Shown: one piece after another, positions 36,408-46,232 of the stretch
Position numbering within the stretch: position 1 is the stretch's first letter
Layout of the letters: each line of letters starts with the position of its first letter
Assembly: GCA_016207515.1 (NCBI GenBank)
Contig: JACQPN010000022.1
Location: 129,549 to 193,548 of the forward strand
Reading direction: 5' to 3'
From: Methanobacteriota archaeon
GTDB taxonomy: Archaea > Thermoplasmatota > SW-10-69-26 > JACQPN01
Length of the DNA: 64,000 nt
The notes under the pieces: model-generated
Told to the model about the DNA's origin: nothing
The model's input: the letters and a program-made list of their open reading frames with translations, nothing else
The model's database searches: none
Made by a program: the position numbers and the translations under genes

Positions 36408-38219
36408 TCACGTCAGGATGAACGCGAACGTCACGTACGTGAAGAGCACCATGATGAAGCTGTGGCGTAGGCCCATTACGGCGCGCCCGGATTCCATGAT
36501 GCCGGCCACCACACCGTTACCCACCGCTTGGACGAGCGTTGCCACGAAATAGAAGGTGCGGTACTCGTCGACGCTTATCTTTCCGACGCTCAGACCGGCG
36601 AGCTGGACGCTGGACCCTCCGCCGACGCCGGCCGTCGCTTGCGCGATCTGGGGGACGAACGTCCCGTAAAGCGTCCCAGCGATGCCAAGGAAGACGAGGA
36701 ACGCGATGTAGATGATGGCCGTGTAAAGAAGCATCGACGTCGCCCTCTCGGTCTCAAGGTTCTTTATCTCCCGCGCGTCGCGCGCGGCCGCAAGGAGGAC
36801 GTCCGTCACGTTTCCGCCTGTTCGCGACGCTTCAAGGATGAGTGCCACGGCCCGTTCGATGAGCGGGGTCTTCGCCCTTTCGCCGAAGCGCTCCAGCGCA
36901 TCATCGAAGGCGACGTTCCAGCTCAACTGGTCCGCCATGCGGACGATCTCGGGTGTCAGGGCCCCGTATTCCCCCTTCGAGGCGATCTTCACCGCGGCCG
37001 GGAGTGTGAGCCCGGCCTTGCGGCTTGCCGCCAGGTCTCGAAGGAAATCGGGGAAGCGTTCCTCGAGCCGTTTCACGCGGCCGCGTCGCGACGCGGCGTA
37101 GAACCCGTATGGCCCGATGAAGACGAGGATGGAGAACGTGAGGAAGTCGAGCCAACGCGTGGTCGGGATGCCAAGAAGAGCTATGCCCGCAAACAGTGCG
37201 CCTGCGGTCGCAAGGAGGACCCCGCCAAGAAGACCCGAGATCGCAAGGAGGAGGAGGCCCGTGCCGGTCTCCGTTTCCGTCGGGACCTTGTAAAGCGGCG
37301 TCGAAGGCGCCCGGGCCAGCCTGAACGAGGCGACGACGCTCGCGATGAGGACGAGGACGACGAACCCGAAGACCCCGAGCAGTACGGAATTGCGCGGGAT
37401 CTCTTGGAGTATAGCGACGACACCCACCCCGAAGACGAGGAGGAGCAAGACGACGAGGAAGAGAAGGGCGAACGCGGTGACCGCCGGGAACGTGACCGCG
37501 GAGGCACGCGACAGGCCTGTGGTCGCTCCGTAAGTCTCGCGTCGTTCCGTGAAGACGCTGTAGATGGTCGGCAGCGAGCGCGCGATGAAAAGGGTGAGGC
37601 TGAAAGTCACGTAGCCGGCGAGAAGGAGAAGCGGCGAATCACCTGGGTTGAGAGTGAGAACACCGACGACCGAACCACCGACGGAAGAGGCCCAGAATGC
37701 GGCCGCCGCAAGGACAAGCGTGAGGCCGAGGCCGACGATCTGGAACGGCCCCTCAAGGCCTGTCGAGATGCGTTCCGGCGGGCTTTTCAGGGAGAAGAAG
37801 TGCGCGGCGGCGGAATCAAGCGCCAATACGGCGACGAGGATGGTCGCGATGCGCAGTATGGGCGTGGAGGGGACGCTTGCACCCGTGCGAGTGAACAGGC
37901 CGGCGACGATGACCGTGATGGAGAAGAGCGCGAGGAGGTTGAGTAGGACCGCGGACGACTTGAGCGGGCTCCAATAGCGTGACAGCTCGCGGCGCACGTA
38001 GGGCGTCGTCGGTCTTTTCTGCTCCAACGCCTCGATGCCGCGCCCGAGTTGGATCGTCGCCACGTTCACGACCAACCCGGCGACCGAGAGGAGGATCCCG
38101 CGAGCGTAGGTCGCGTCCGTGTTCGCGATCACGGCGCCGGCGACCGTAAGGAGTGTGGCGAGGACCAGGCCTGCAAGGAGGAGCGCTTCCCGGGTCTTTC
38201 GCTCGATGGCCAACTTCAC
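36408..38219 (-). CDS. type IV pilus/archaellum platform protein, FlaJ/TadC-like second half (T2SSF domain) with an unusual ~370-aa multi-TM N-terminal extension
   Basis: T2SSF-type segment FPDFLRDLAASRKAGLTLPAAVKIA...TGGNVTDVLLAAARDAREI; start overlaps the upstream gene (ATGA). Confidence 0.7.
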   Translation of the reverse strand: MKLAIERKTREALLLAGLVLATLLTVAGAVIANTDATYARGILLSVAGLVVNVATIQLGRGIEALEQKRPTTPYVRRELSRYWSPLKSSAVLLNLLALFSITVIVAGLFTRTGASVPSTPILRIATILVAVLALDSAAAHFFSLKSPPERISTGLEGPFQIVGLGLTLVLAAAAFWASSVGGSVVGVLTLNPGDSPLLLLAGYVTFSLTLFIARSLPTIYSVFTERRETYGATTGLSRASAVTFPAVTAFALLFLVVLLLLVFGVGVVAILQEIPRNSVLLGVFGFVVLVLIASVVASFRLARAPSTPLYKVPTETETGTGLLLLAISGLLGGVLLATAGALFAGIALLGIPTTRWLDFLTFSILVFIGPYGFYAASRRGRVKRLEERFPDFLRDLAASRKAGLTLPAAVKIASKGEYGALTPEIVRMADQLSWNVAFDDALERFGERAKTPLIERAVALILEASRTGGNVTDVLLAAARDAREIKNLETERATSMLLYTAIIYIAFLVFLGIAGTLYGTFVPQIAQATAGVGGGSSVQLAGLSVGKISVDEYRTFYFVATLVQAVGNGVVAGIMESGRAVMGLRHSFIMVLFTYVTFAFILT

Positions 38220-39049
38220 GCCTCCGGGGTGATGGCCTTGATCGTCACGGCGAAACCCGCCTGCGCGACGGGTAACAGTATGAGCATCATGATGTACCCG
38301 ATCGTGATGGCGGACCGGCCGCCGCTCCCGAAGGCCGTCATCACAGTGAGCAGCACGATGAGGAGGAGCGGTGCCGCGACGACCACGGTCACGTAGGACT
38401 CGGCGAGGACCGCGAGGCTCTCGATGAACTTCTTCTGGTCCTGCCTGTTCTCGTAGACGTACTGCTCGCTCTTCGTGAGGAAGTAGTTCTTGAGATCGGA
38501 CCCTGATTGGATGGCCGTGATCGCCCCTTGGAGAAGGTCCTGGAATTTGACCGAGGGGCTCCGATCGATCGCCGCCGTGAGGGCCGTGACGATGTCGCGG
38601 CCCAAGATCGTGAGGTCGCGGCTGATGTAAGCGGATTCGTTCGCGACCTCACCGTAGATGGGTTGGCGCGCAAGGCTTCCGAAGATCTTGTCCGGGGTTA
38701 TCCCGGCCGAGGCGAGGGTGGCGATGTAGTTGAGAGCGTAGGGGAGCTTCGCGTCGATGTCGCGGGCCCTGCCCGAGGCGCGGATGTCGGGGACCACGAA
38801 CGTGAGAAGGTAGATGGTGAACGCGAGGACCATCGGAAGGGGGACGAGGACCGCGAAGACGACGGGCGGCACGACCACGCTTTTCGCGAAGACCAGGATC
38901 GCGAGGATCAATATCGGAAGCAGGCTCGCGGCGAACGCGATCACCATGTTCATGTAGGAATAGCTGAGGTAGAGCTCGGGCCGCAAGTCGATCTGGGCCT
39001 TTTGGAGCGAGAAGCGCAGGTGCACGTTGCTACGCGCACTACGTTGCAC
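38216..39049 (-). CDS. type IV pilus/archaellum platform protein, FlaJ/TadB-like first half (single T2SSF domain, 277 aa)
   Basis: KLPYALNYIATLASAGITPDKIFGSLARQPIYGEVANESAYISRDLTILGRDIVTAL matches the T2SSF/GspF domain; 3 TM. Confidence 0.7.
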   Translation of the reverse strand: MQRSARSNVHLRFSLQKAQIDLRPELYLSYSYMNMVIAFAASLLPILILAILVFAKSVVVPPVVFAVLVPLPMVLAFTIYLLTFVVPDIRASGRARDIDAKLPYALNYIATLASAGITPDKIFGSLARQPIYGEVANESAYISRDLTILGRDIVTALTAAIDRSPSVKFQDLLQGAITAIQSGSDLKNYFLTKSEQYVYENRQDQKKFIESLAVLAESYVTVVVAAPLLLIVLLTVMTAFGSGGRSAITIGYIMMLILLPVAQAGFAVTIKAITPEA

Positions 39050-39139
39050 CGAGCGCCCGAAGACGCGGTAGGCGAAACGCTGGTACTTAGTCGGTGGAAT
39101 GGTCAGCGCCCCCGCTTGTTACCGCGCCGTGTGGCGGCA

Positions 39140-41014
39140 TCAGGTCCCCTTGCCCTGCCCAGGCCGCGGCCTTGACGTCTCGGCCACCCGGGCAAGAAGC
39201 GTGTCGGGCGTCGAGTAGTATGCGGACACGATGTCGCCGACGTCGCGGACGTTACGTATGCCCTTCTCCACCATCCATTCGATTATCCGAGTCCTTCGAT
39301 CCCATTCGGTCTCAAGGTCGGCCCTGCCGAGGCTCTTCGTCTCCATGATCGCCTCGAGGATCTGGCTTTTCCCCATGTACTCGTGCTTGTCGGCCTTCGA
39401 GTCCCATCGGAAGACGGTGTTCGTGAGGAGATCGCCCGTGTCGGGGTCGATCCCCACTATCTCGACGACCTCGCGGATACGCCGCACGAGCCGTTGGTTT
39501 ATCCTCACCTGGATCTGGATGGCGATGGCATCAAGGGTCTGCAGCATCAATCGTGGCACGTTGATCGGCTCGTTCTCAAGACGATACACGGCGGATTGTG
39601 CGCTGTCGGCGTGCATGGTGCTGTAACAGGCGTGGCCCGTCGCCATCGCCTGGAAGAGGGTGAGGGCCTCCGCGCCTCTCACCTCGCCGACTATCAGGAA
39701 CTCGGGGCGTTGACGAAGCGCCGCCTCCAAGAGCTTGTACATGTCGACCGCTCCCGACGGGCGGCCTTGCACTATGTCGCTCCCGAAGCCTGCCCGCGTT
39801 AGACCTGCGATCCAGTTCTCGTGCGGCAGGTTCACTTCGCGCGTGTCCTCGATGGAGACGACCTTCTTCTGTGGCGGGATGAACATGCTCGCGGCGTTGA
39901 GGCTCGACGTCTTGCCGCTCGCGGTGCCGCCGGCGAAGACCATGCTGAACCCCTCTTCCATCGCCAGCCAGAAATAAGCGGCCATGGAGGCGCTGAAGGT
40001 CCCAAGGCGCACGAGATCCGGCGGTGTGAGGGGGTCGGACCTGAACTTACGGACCGTGAACGACGAGCCACGCGTCGTCACTTCGCGAGACAACGTCGCC
40101 TGGAGACGGCTCCCGTCGGGAAGAGTCGCGTCGAGGATCGGCTCGGCGATGGAGATGTGCTTCCCGCAGCGCTGCGCGAGGCGGATGACGAAGGAATCGA
40201 GCACGGTCTCGTCCTTGAACATGAGGTTCGTCTTGATCGACTCGTACTGGCGGTGGAAGAGGTAGATGGGGATGTTCGGTCCGTCGCATGAGATATCCTC
40301 GATGAGGGGGTCTCGCAACAGGACGTCGACGGGGCCGTAGCCGAGGAAGTCCCGGAGAAGGAAATACTGCACCCTCTGTTTCGACACCTCGTCGACCAGC
40401 ACCGAATGATCGACAATCGCCTGGTCGATCGCGTCCATGAGGAACTGTTCCCAATCGGTCTCGTCCTCGAAGCGGCCGGGAAGCGTCCGGATCAACGTGT
40501 CGCGCAGGAATCCCAGGACGTCCTCTTCCGGCTGCGTGAGGACGGGTTCAATGGCCTCGTAGAGGTATTGGTTACGCGCCTTGTCGTAAAGGATCCGGAT
40601 GTAGGCCTTGCCTTCCTGGATGGTCGAGAACTCCACTTGGGCGAGCTTCTCTCGGTCGATCTCCGGGATCTCCGTGATGGGGCGGTCCGTCGACACCCCG
40701 AGTTTGGGCATCAGGTCCTTCACGTACTGCTGGTGCTTCACCGCCTCGTCGCGCACCTTCTGGTGCTTCGTGACCTTTGATTGGACGGCGCGCGAGCGTT
40801 TCTCGAAGTCCTTCTGCTCCGAACGTTCGGCCGCGGCCTTCGCCTTCTGGTCGTGCTTCAGCTCCTTGAGGATGTCGCGCGTCTCGCGGCTTGCGACTTC
40901 GGGGGGCGGGGTCTCGGGTGGCTCGACCTCGGGAGCGGTGAACTCGCCCGTGGGCTTCTTCTTGGGCCGGGGGAGACCTTCGCCGGCGTCCTCACCCTCC
41001 GTCTCTTCGCTCAA
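39140..41014 (-). CDS. flaI: FlaI/TadA/VirB11-family secretion ATPase with a ~110-aa charged N-terminal extension; TTG start with a GAGGTGA SD
   Basis: Walker A FAGGTASGKTSSLNA; Walker B EFLIVGEVRG; His box ATGHACYSTMHADS; 624 aa. Confidence 0.85.
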   Translation of the reverse strand: MSEETEGEDAGEGLPRPKKKPTGEFTAPEVEPPETPPPEVASRETRDILKELKHDQKAKAAAERSEQKDFEKRSRAVQSKVTKHQKVRDEAVKHQQYVKDLMPKLGVSTDRPITEIPEIDREKLAQVEFSTIQEGKAYIRILYDKARNQYLYEAIEPVLTQPEEDVLGFLRDTLIRTLPGRFEDETDWEQFLMDAIDQAIVDHSVLVDEVSKQRVQYFLLRDFLGYGPVDVLLRDPLIEDISCDGPNIPIYLFHRQYESIKTNLMFKDETVLDSFVIRLAQRCGKHISIAEPILDATLPDGSRLQATLSREVTTRGSSFTVRKFRSDPLTPPDLVRLGTFSASMAAYFWLAMEEGFSMVFAGGTASGKTSSLNAASMFIPPQKKVVSIEDTREVNLPHENWIAGLTRAGFGSDIVQGRPSGAVDMYKLLEAALRQRPEFLIVGEVRGAEALTLFQAMATGHACYSTMHADSAQSAVYRLENEPINVPRLMLQTLDAIAIQIQVRINQRLVRRIREVVEIVGIDPDTGDLLTNTVFRWDSKADKHEYMGKSQILEAIMETKSLGRADLETEWDRRTRIIEWMVEKGIRNVRDVGDIVSAYYSTPDTLLARVAETSRPRPGQGKGT

Positions 41015-41030
41015 GTCGTTTCACCTCGCT

Positions 41031-41060
41031 GGAATTTAAGCGGGCCTGGTAAATGAAAAT
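41031..41060 (-). promoter_or_regulatory. TATA-like elements (minus strand TTTTCATTTACC / CTTAAATTCC) 20-45 nt upstream of flaI
   Basis: AT-rich patch in the 154-nt spacer, suggesting flaI has its own promoter separate from the pilin genes. Confidence 0.3.
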
Positions 41061-41168
41061 GCCGGATTACTGACGGGGCCGAAAGAGTGGCCGCCGATGG
41101 TTTTTCCGGAACCCCACGAGGGGTCGCCGCGCGTCGCGCCCATGGGCCCCCGACGCGGTGTTTGCCGA

Positions 41169-42038
41169 TCAACCCCGGACCTCCACCCGGATGTCCCCGG
41201 TGATCGTCGTCCAACCGGTGGCCGCGTTCATCACGTAGAGATCCACCGTATCGACGTCGTTCGTGTCGCTGTCGTAGCAGAAATGCTGCGTCGACGCCGT
41301 GCAGTCCGCGATGTTCTCTCCCGTCAGGTTCGCCGCCCCGAAAGTGCGGTTGAACGCCGACCGCCACGAATACGCGGCGACATTGTCGATGAGAAGATGC
41401 GCGTTACCGGTGGCCTGCGTCGTCCGGGTGATCCCGGTCACGGTCGAGAGGACCTGGATGTCCCCGCCGGAGGCGACGTCTTGCGAACCTCCGCCGATGG
41501 TGGGGGCCTGGACGGTGACGTAGAGTTTCCCGGCGCCAGTCCGTTGCGCCGTGATGAGACTTCGAAGGTCAACGTAGCTACTGCGCGACTGGTTCACTTC
41601 AAGCGCCCCCAATACGTACCGGAAAGTCTGTGCTTCGAAGTGGGACGGGCTGGTCGTCATGGCCATGGCGCCCGATGCAGTGAAGACGGTCGTGGCCCCG
41701 TTCCCGACGGTGATCGTCGGAGCCGTCTCGACGCGGATGCTTCCGGACGATTGCCCAGCGCCGAGGATCGGAAGGCCCGCCGTGCCGGCCGGGAGGTTGC
41801 GGCTGAACGAGCGGTTGTTGAGCTCGCGCGAGATGTGGTCCTCGGCCGCGTCCGCCCATCCGCTCATCGCGGTGCGCACGGAATCGCTGTGCGACGCCTC
41901 CCAGTCGGCGGCCCACGCGGGGACGAAATTGAGGTTGAAGACGGTCAGGAACGCCACGATGCCGGCGATGACGAGGATCGCGCCGAGGACGTTGACGACG
42001 GCGGAGTCTCTGCGGTGAAGCATACCGCGTCGAGTCAT
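41169..42038 (-). CDS. pilin-like protein (289 aa) with a class-III-signal-like N-terminus
   Basis: Start ATG overlaps the TGA of the upstream giant gene (ATGA). N-terminus MTRRGMLHRRDS-AVVNVLGAILVIAGIVAFLTVF; S/T/G-rich beta body. The listed ORF 41169..42326 carries an extra R/H-rich 96 aa that was rejected. Confidence 0.55.
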   Translation of the reverse strand: MTRRGMLHRRDSAVVNVLGAILVIAGIVAFLTVFNLNFVPAWAADWEASHSDSVRTAMSGWADAAEDHISRELNNRSFSRNLPAGTAGLPILGAGQSSGSIRVETAPTITVGNGATTVFTASGAMAMTTSPSHFEAQTFRYVLGALEVNQSRSSYVDLRSLITAQRTGAGKLYVTVQAPTIGGGSQDVASGGDIQVLSTVTGITRTTQATGNAHLLIDNVAAYSWRSAFNRTFGAANLTGENIADCTASTQHFCYDSDTNDVDTVDLYVMNAATGWTTITGDIRVEVRG

Positions 42039-45000
42039 CAGACCACCTTCACGAATATGCGGAACGCGTCGTTCACGTCGGCGACCGCCGCGGTGACCGT
42101 CTCGGAGTTGGTCGACCGCGTCTCGACCAGGAACTCGTACAGCGCGCCCGCGTTGTTTGGGGGCGTCATGATGACGATGATGTGTGTCGTGTTGTCGGCG
42201 ACGCCTCGCACGGAGAAGTCGATCCACCCCGGGGCCCAGGGTGTGGGGTCGCGGATGTTCCAGTTCGCCGTACCGTTCGAGGCCCCTTGGGGCGGTACAG
42301 AAACGGCCCACCCGATGGGGATCCAAAGGCGCGTGTTGGCGGTGATGGCGTCAGCCCGCATGGTCCAACGGAACGCGACTTGTTGGGCCGTCGCCGCGGT
42401 CCGGTTCTGGAAGCCCGTGACCGTGTCGGTCCCGTCGAATCCGAAGATGTTCAGGTTTGCCCCGGTCGGGTTGTGGCGGACGTTCTGGGAACCTCCGGTG
42501 ATGGAGATGGAAGGCGAGCTGAAATTGACTTGGGCGAAAAGCTCCGTAGAGCCGGCCGTTGTGGTCGAGGCCGTCGTGAAGGACAGCATGAAGATCTTCA
42601 TGCTGTATGCTTTGAGCGTCACTGCGGCCGCCGGATTGCAGGTGACGTCGCTTCCGCCCGAACCGGTGAGAGAACAGGCTTCAAGGTCGTCGTCGGTCCC
42701 GCCCGCGACGCTCGCCGTGGTGAAGAAATTGTTCGTTGCGAGCAATGGGGTGATGAAGAGGCGGACGAGATCGATGTCGTAGTCGGACGGAGTGGGATTC
42801 ACTATCGTGAGGCCGATCTGCACGATGTTGGCGTCCTCCTGCTCCGCCGTGTAGACGAGCCTCAGCTGCACCGAGTTGACCGAGTCCCCGTTTTCGGCGA
42901 ACACGTTCCCTTTGTTCGTGACGGTCACCGCGAGTCGTGCCGCCGTCGTGTTGGTTGCGGATGCGGTGAGGACGGACTTCGCGCCTCCTCGCCAATCGAC
43001 GTATTTGAAGTTCGCGGAAGTCGACGCCGTGCCGATCGTCACGGTCGTGATGGGCGTCGTTCCATCGGTCGCGTTGAGGAAATAGCCGATCGTGCTGTTG
43101 GTCTCCAGCGTTATGGTGAGGGGAGGCGAAACGGGCGAAGCGGCCCCGCCACCGTCCGTCGTCCGCAGCGTGACCGTGTAACTCGTCGACACCATCCCCG
43201 GTAGAAGCGTCGTGTTGCTCGTCGTGAATTCCAGATAATACGGCGGCGGCGGCCCGATCCCGTCCCCGGAGCCGCCGCTCGACGGTGGAGTGCCGGTGAT
43301 CGTTATCGGCGTCATGGCGGCAGTCGTGTTCGTCGCCACGGCGAGAAGCATCGACGTCGCCCCTCCTTGCCCGTCCTTGTACTTGAAACTGGCCGTCGTC
43401 GAGGCGGTCCCGATGGTGATGCTGTTGATGATCGTCGTGCCATCGGTGTCGTTGAGGAAGACACCGCGCGTGCTGTTCGTGGAAAGGTAGATGGTGAGCG
43501 GTGGAGCGTACGGCGAGGAGGCGGTGCCCGTCGAATTCTTCAAAGTGATGGTGAAACTCGTGGTGACCGTGTCCTTGGCGACACTCGACACCACGGTCGT
43601 GTAGTCGAGGTAATACGGCGGCGGTTGGAAGAACACGGGCGCCGGGTTGGTCCCCGTGATGCTCACGGCCGTTGCGACGCTCGTCACGTTCGGGGCGAAG
43701 GCCGCAAGGACCGTCCGCGTCCCTCCTGAGTAGTCGATGTACTTGAACTGGGCGGAGGACGAGCCTGTCCCGAGGGAGATCGTGGTGATGAGCGTCGTCC
43801 CGTCCGACGCGTTGAGGAAGTAGCCCGTGGTGCTGTTCGTGAGAAGTGTGATGGTCAACGGCGGGGAATCGGGGGAAACCGCGGAACCGAACGAGTTCCT
43901 CAAAGTCAATGTGTAGTTCACGGACACGGTCGCCCTCGCCAGCGTCGACACGACGCCGCTGAACTGCAGGTAATTCCACGTATAGGGGCCGGGGTTTGTC
44001 CCCGTTATCGCGATCACCGCGGCGGCCGGCGTCGTGTTCGCTGCGTACGCCGTTATCACCGTGTTGGAAAGCGCCGCGTAGTCGATGTACTTGAAACTCG
44101 CGGTGCTTGCCGCGGCCGCGATGGTCACGTGGGTGATGAGCGTGGTCCCATCGGCGTTGCTTACAAAGAAGCCGGAAGTGCTGTTCGACGCAAGCGTGAC
44201 TATGAGTTCGGTAGGCGTGGTGACGGTAGAGCCCGTCGTGTTCTTCAAGGTCAACGTGAAAGTCGTGGACGCGGTTCCCCGGGCGACGCTCGCGGGTGCT
44301 GTCGAGAAATTGAGGTAGTTGGACGGCGGCTGGATGAAGGGCGGACTCGGGTTGGTCCCCGTCACTGCGATGACGGTCGCTTCCGGTGTCGCATTGTGCG
44401 TCACCGCCATGATAACAGATTGGGTCCCGCCGTTGTAATCGACGTACTTGAAATTGGCGCTCGAAGCGGCGGCCGCTATCGGCACCGTGAGTATGCGCGT
44501 CGTCCCGGCGAGAGCGTCGAGGAAATATCCCGATGTGCTGTTCGTCACGAGGGTCACGTTGATCTCCGCCGGGGCGGTGACCGTCGCGCCTGTCGTGTTC
44601 TTCAGAGTTACGGTGAAGTTGGTGCTCGCCGTCCCCCGGGCGACCGTTGCGGGGGCCGTCGTGAAGTTGAGGGCGAGGCTTGGCGGCTGGATGAACGGCG
44701 GCGACGGGTTCGTCCCCGTGACGGCGATCTGGTGCGCCGCCGCTACAGTGTTGTTGGCGACCGCGACGATCGCGGGGTGGCTTCCCGCGTCGTAACTAAT
44801 GAACTTGAAGTTCTGGCTAGGCGTCGATGTGGGGATGACGACGCCCGCTATGCGCACCGTCGGGTCCGTGTCGTTGACGAAGTACCCCTGCGTGGAGTTC
44901 GTGATGAGCGTCACGTAGAGGTCGTTTGACGGTGCGGTCGCGTGCCCCGTGCCGTTGAGCAGGGTGACCGTGAAACTCCCCGAGGCCGTCCCCCGCGCGA

Positions 45001-46165
45001 CCGTCACCTGTGTGGCGTTGAATTGAAGGTAGTTCGGCGCGGAGCCGCCGCCTCCACCGCTGCCGCCAGTTATGGCCGTCGTCGTGAACGTCCGGAACGC
45101 TTCGGCCGTGTTGTTGTTCCCGAGCGCGTCGACCGCCGTCACCTTGTAGTGGTACTGCGTCCCCGCGGTGAGCGAAGTGAGGCTCAGGCTGTGGGAAGTG
45201 GTCGAGGTCCCGGTCGCCCACCTTCCAGTGAGCGAAGGCGTGGGGCCGAAGGTCACGTTCGACGATGCCGCCTCATCGGTGGTGAAGGTGATCGTCGCGC
45301 TCGTCTGCCCCGGGGAGCCGGATGAGAGGGAACTGATGGTGGGCGCGACACCATCCACCGAGACGACGCTTGCGGTGCCCGCGAGGAGGTTGCCTGCGAC
45401 GTCACGGGTGCCGGTCGGAGTACCTATGCGGTTGACGGTCGGCACGTCGCTCGTCGCGAACGAGGCGGTCGTGAATTCCGCGGCGGAACCATTTCCCAAC
45501 AGTACGACGGCTGATATCGCGACCGTCGGCACGCTCACCGTGAAGTCCGCCTTGTCGATCGTGCGCAGGGGTTCCGTGAAATTCACCTGGATCGTCGTGG
45601 TGGACGTGGTCCTTGCCGACTGGAGCTGCGGGGCGGTCGTATCGGATTGTTGCGCCGTCGCCCCGCTGAGGACGACCGCGCCCGTGGATGTCTGAAGCAC
45701 GAGTATCGAGACGGCTTTGCCGGGGAGAGTGGAATCGGTGTAGCGCACCTGGTCGCCGGTGACGAAGTCGGCGCCGGCGTTCTTCGACACGCCGGAGGGT
45801 GTTACCACACTCCAAGCTGGGTCGGCCGCGGCCAATCGTTCGCCAACCGTCACGCGCGTGGGCACGCCGTTTATCTCGACCGTCACCCCGAGCACCATCA
45901 GGGGGATCGGCGAGCCGCCCCTGTGCTCCAAAACCAGGCGGTCGTTGTTGGTCGGCAGGACGAAAGTCTCGATGACGGCGTCTGTTGGCGAAGTCGGCGG
46001 GGGAAGGCTGAGGAGCAGATACATGAAACCAGCCGCGAAGACCACAGTGATGGCGACCAGAAGCACGCTTCCAAGGATGTCCGTGACGCCCGCGTCGGGG
46101 CCGGCAGGGCGTTGGAGCGCGGAGCGCGTCGGTCGCCCCTCGGGCGCGCTACGTGCCGTGGTCAT
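42038..46165 (-). CDS. giant pilin-like adhesin (1375 aa): class III signal peptide plus archaeal pilin/archaellin-type N-terminal helix, an Fn3-like domain, six ~115-aa tandem repeats and a C-terminal beta domain
   Basis: Leader ...RPAGPDAG-VTDILGSVLLVAITVVFAAGFMYLL (arch-pilin N-term type). Fn3-like APTISSLSSGSPGQTSATITFTTDEAASSNVTFGPTP...YHYKVTAVD. GGGGGTG SD 9 nt before ATG 46165. More than 80 NxS/T sequons. Confidence 0.75.
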   Translation of the reverse strand: MTTARSAPEGRPTRSALQRPAGPDAGVTDILGSVLLVAITVVFAAGFMYLLLSLPPPTSPTDAVIETFVLPTNNDRLVLEHRGGSPIPLMVLGVTVEINGVPTRVTVGERLAAADPAWSVVTPSGVSKNAGADFVTGDQVRYTDSTLPGKAVSILVLQTSTGAVVLSGATAQQSDTTAPQLQSARTTSTTTIQVNFTEPLRTIDKADFTVSVPTVAISAVVLLGNGSAAEFTTASFATSDVPTVNRIGTPTGTRDVAGNLLAGTASVVSVDGVAPTISSLSSGSPGQTSATITFTTDEAASSNVTFGPTPSLTGRWATGTSTTSHSLSLTSLTAGTQYHYKVTAVDALGNNNTAEAFRTFTTTAITGGSGGGGGSAPNYLQFNATQVTVARGTASGSFTVTLLNGTGHATAPSNDLYVTLITNSTQGYFVNDTDPTVRIAGVVIPTSTPSQNFKFISYDAGSHPAIVAVANNTVAAAHQIAVTGTNPSPPFIQPPSLALNFTTAPATVARGTASTNFTVTLKNTTGATVTAPAEINVTLVTNSTSGYFLDALAGTTRILTVPIAAAASSANFKYVDYNGGTQSVIMAVTHNATPEATVIAVTGTNPSPPFIQPPSNYLNFSTAPASVARGTASTTFTLTLKNTTGSTVTTPTELIVTLASNSTSGFFVSNADGTTLITHVTIAAAASTASFKYIDYAALSNTVITAYAANTTPAAAVIAITGTNPGPYTWNYLQFSGVVSTLARATVSVNYTLTLRNSFGSAVSPDSPPLTITLLTNSTTGYFLNASDGTTLITTISLGTGSSSAQFKYIDYSGGTRTVLAAFAPNVTSVATAVSITGTNPAPVFFQPPPYYLDYTTVVSSVAKDTVTTSFTITLKNSTGTASSPYAPPLTIYLSTNSTRGVFLNDTDGTTIINSITIGTASTTASFKYKDGQGGATSMLLAVATNTTAAMTPITITGTPPSSGGSGDGIGPPPPYYLEFTTSNTTLLPGMVSTSYTVTLRTTDGGGAASPVSPPLTITLETNSTIGYFLNATDGTTPITTVTIGTASTSANFKYVDWRGGAKSVLTASATNTTAARLAVTVTNKGNVFAENGDSVNSVQLRLVYTAEQEDANIVQIGLTIVNPTPSDYDIDLVRLFITPLLATNNFFTTASVAGGTDDDLEACSLTGSGGSDVTCNPAAAVTLKAYSMKIFMLSFTTASTTTAGSTELFAQVNFSSPSISITGGSQNVRHNPTGANLNIFGFDGTDTVTGFQNRTAATAQQVAFRWTMRADAITANTRLWIPIGWAVSVPPQGASNGTANWNIRDPTPWAPGWIDFSVRGVADNTTHIIVIMTPPNNAGALYEFLVETRSTNSETVTAAVADVNDAFRIFVKVV
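42950..45050 (-). repeat. six in-frame tandem repeats (about 345 nt / 115 aa each) inside the giant pilin-like gene
   Basis: Repeat consensus (Y/N)YL(N/Q)F(T/S)...VARGTAST.FT.TLKN.TG...TL.TNST.G.F...DGTT.I....I...S..F.KY.DY...; a 16-aa junction (AVTGTNPSPPFIQPPS) is identical in repeats 1 and 2; antisense pseudo-ORFs recur with the same period. Confidence 0.7.
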
Positions 46166-46232
46166 CTTCACGCGCACCCCCATCTGGTGCGAGTCACTAG
46201 TCCAACCATCCAACGCCACGCCTTCGGCGCTT

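Noticed and set aside
41170-42326. Upstream 96 codons of ORF 41169..42326 (RRRRQHDTHHRHHD...)
   Set aside because: They overlap the end of the giant gene in another frame. The ATG at 42038 forms an ATGA junction and starts directly at the class-III-like signal.
42182-44929. Series of plus-strand ORFs (340 aa, 266 aa, and 66-120 aa units) and the 432-aa minus ORF inside the giant pilin-like gene
   Set aside because: They recur with the same ~345-nt period as the coding repeats and are R/D/G-rich. They are by-products of the tandem repeat, not genes.
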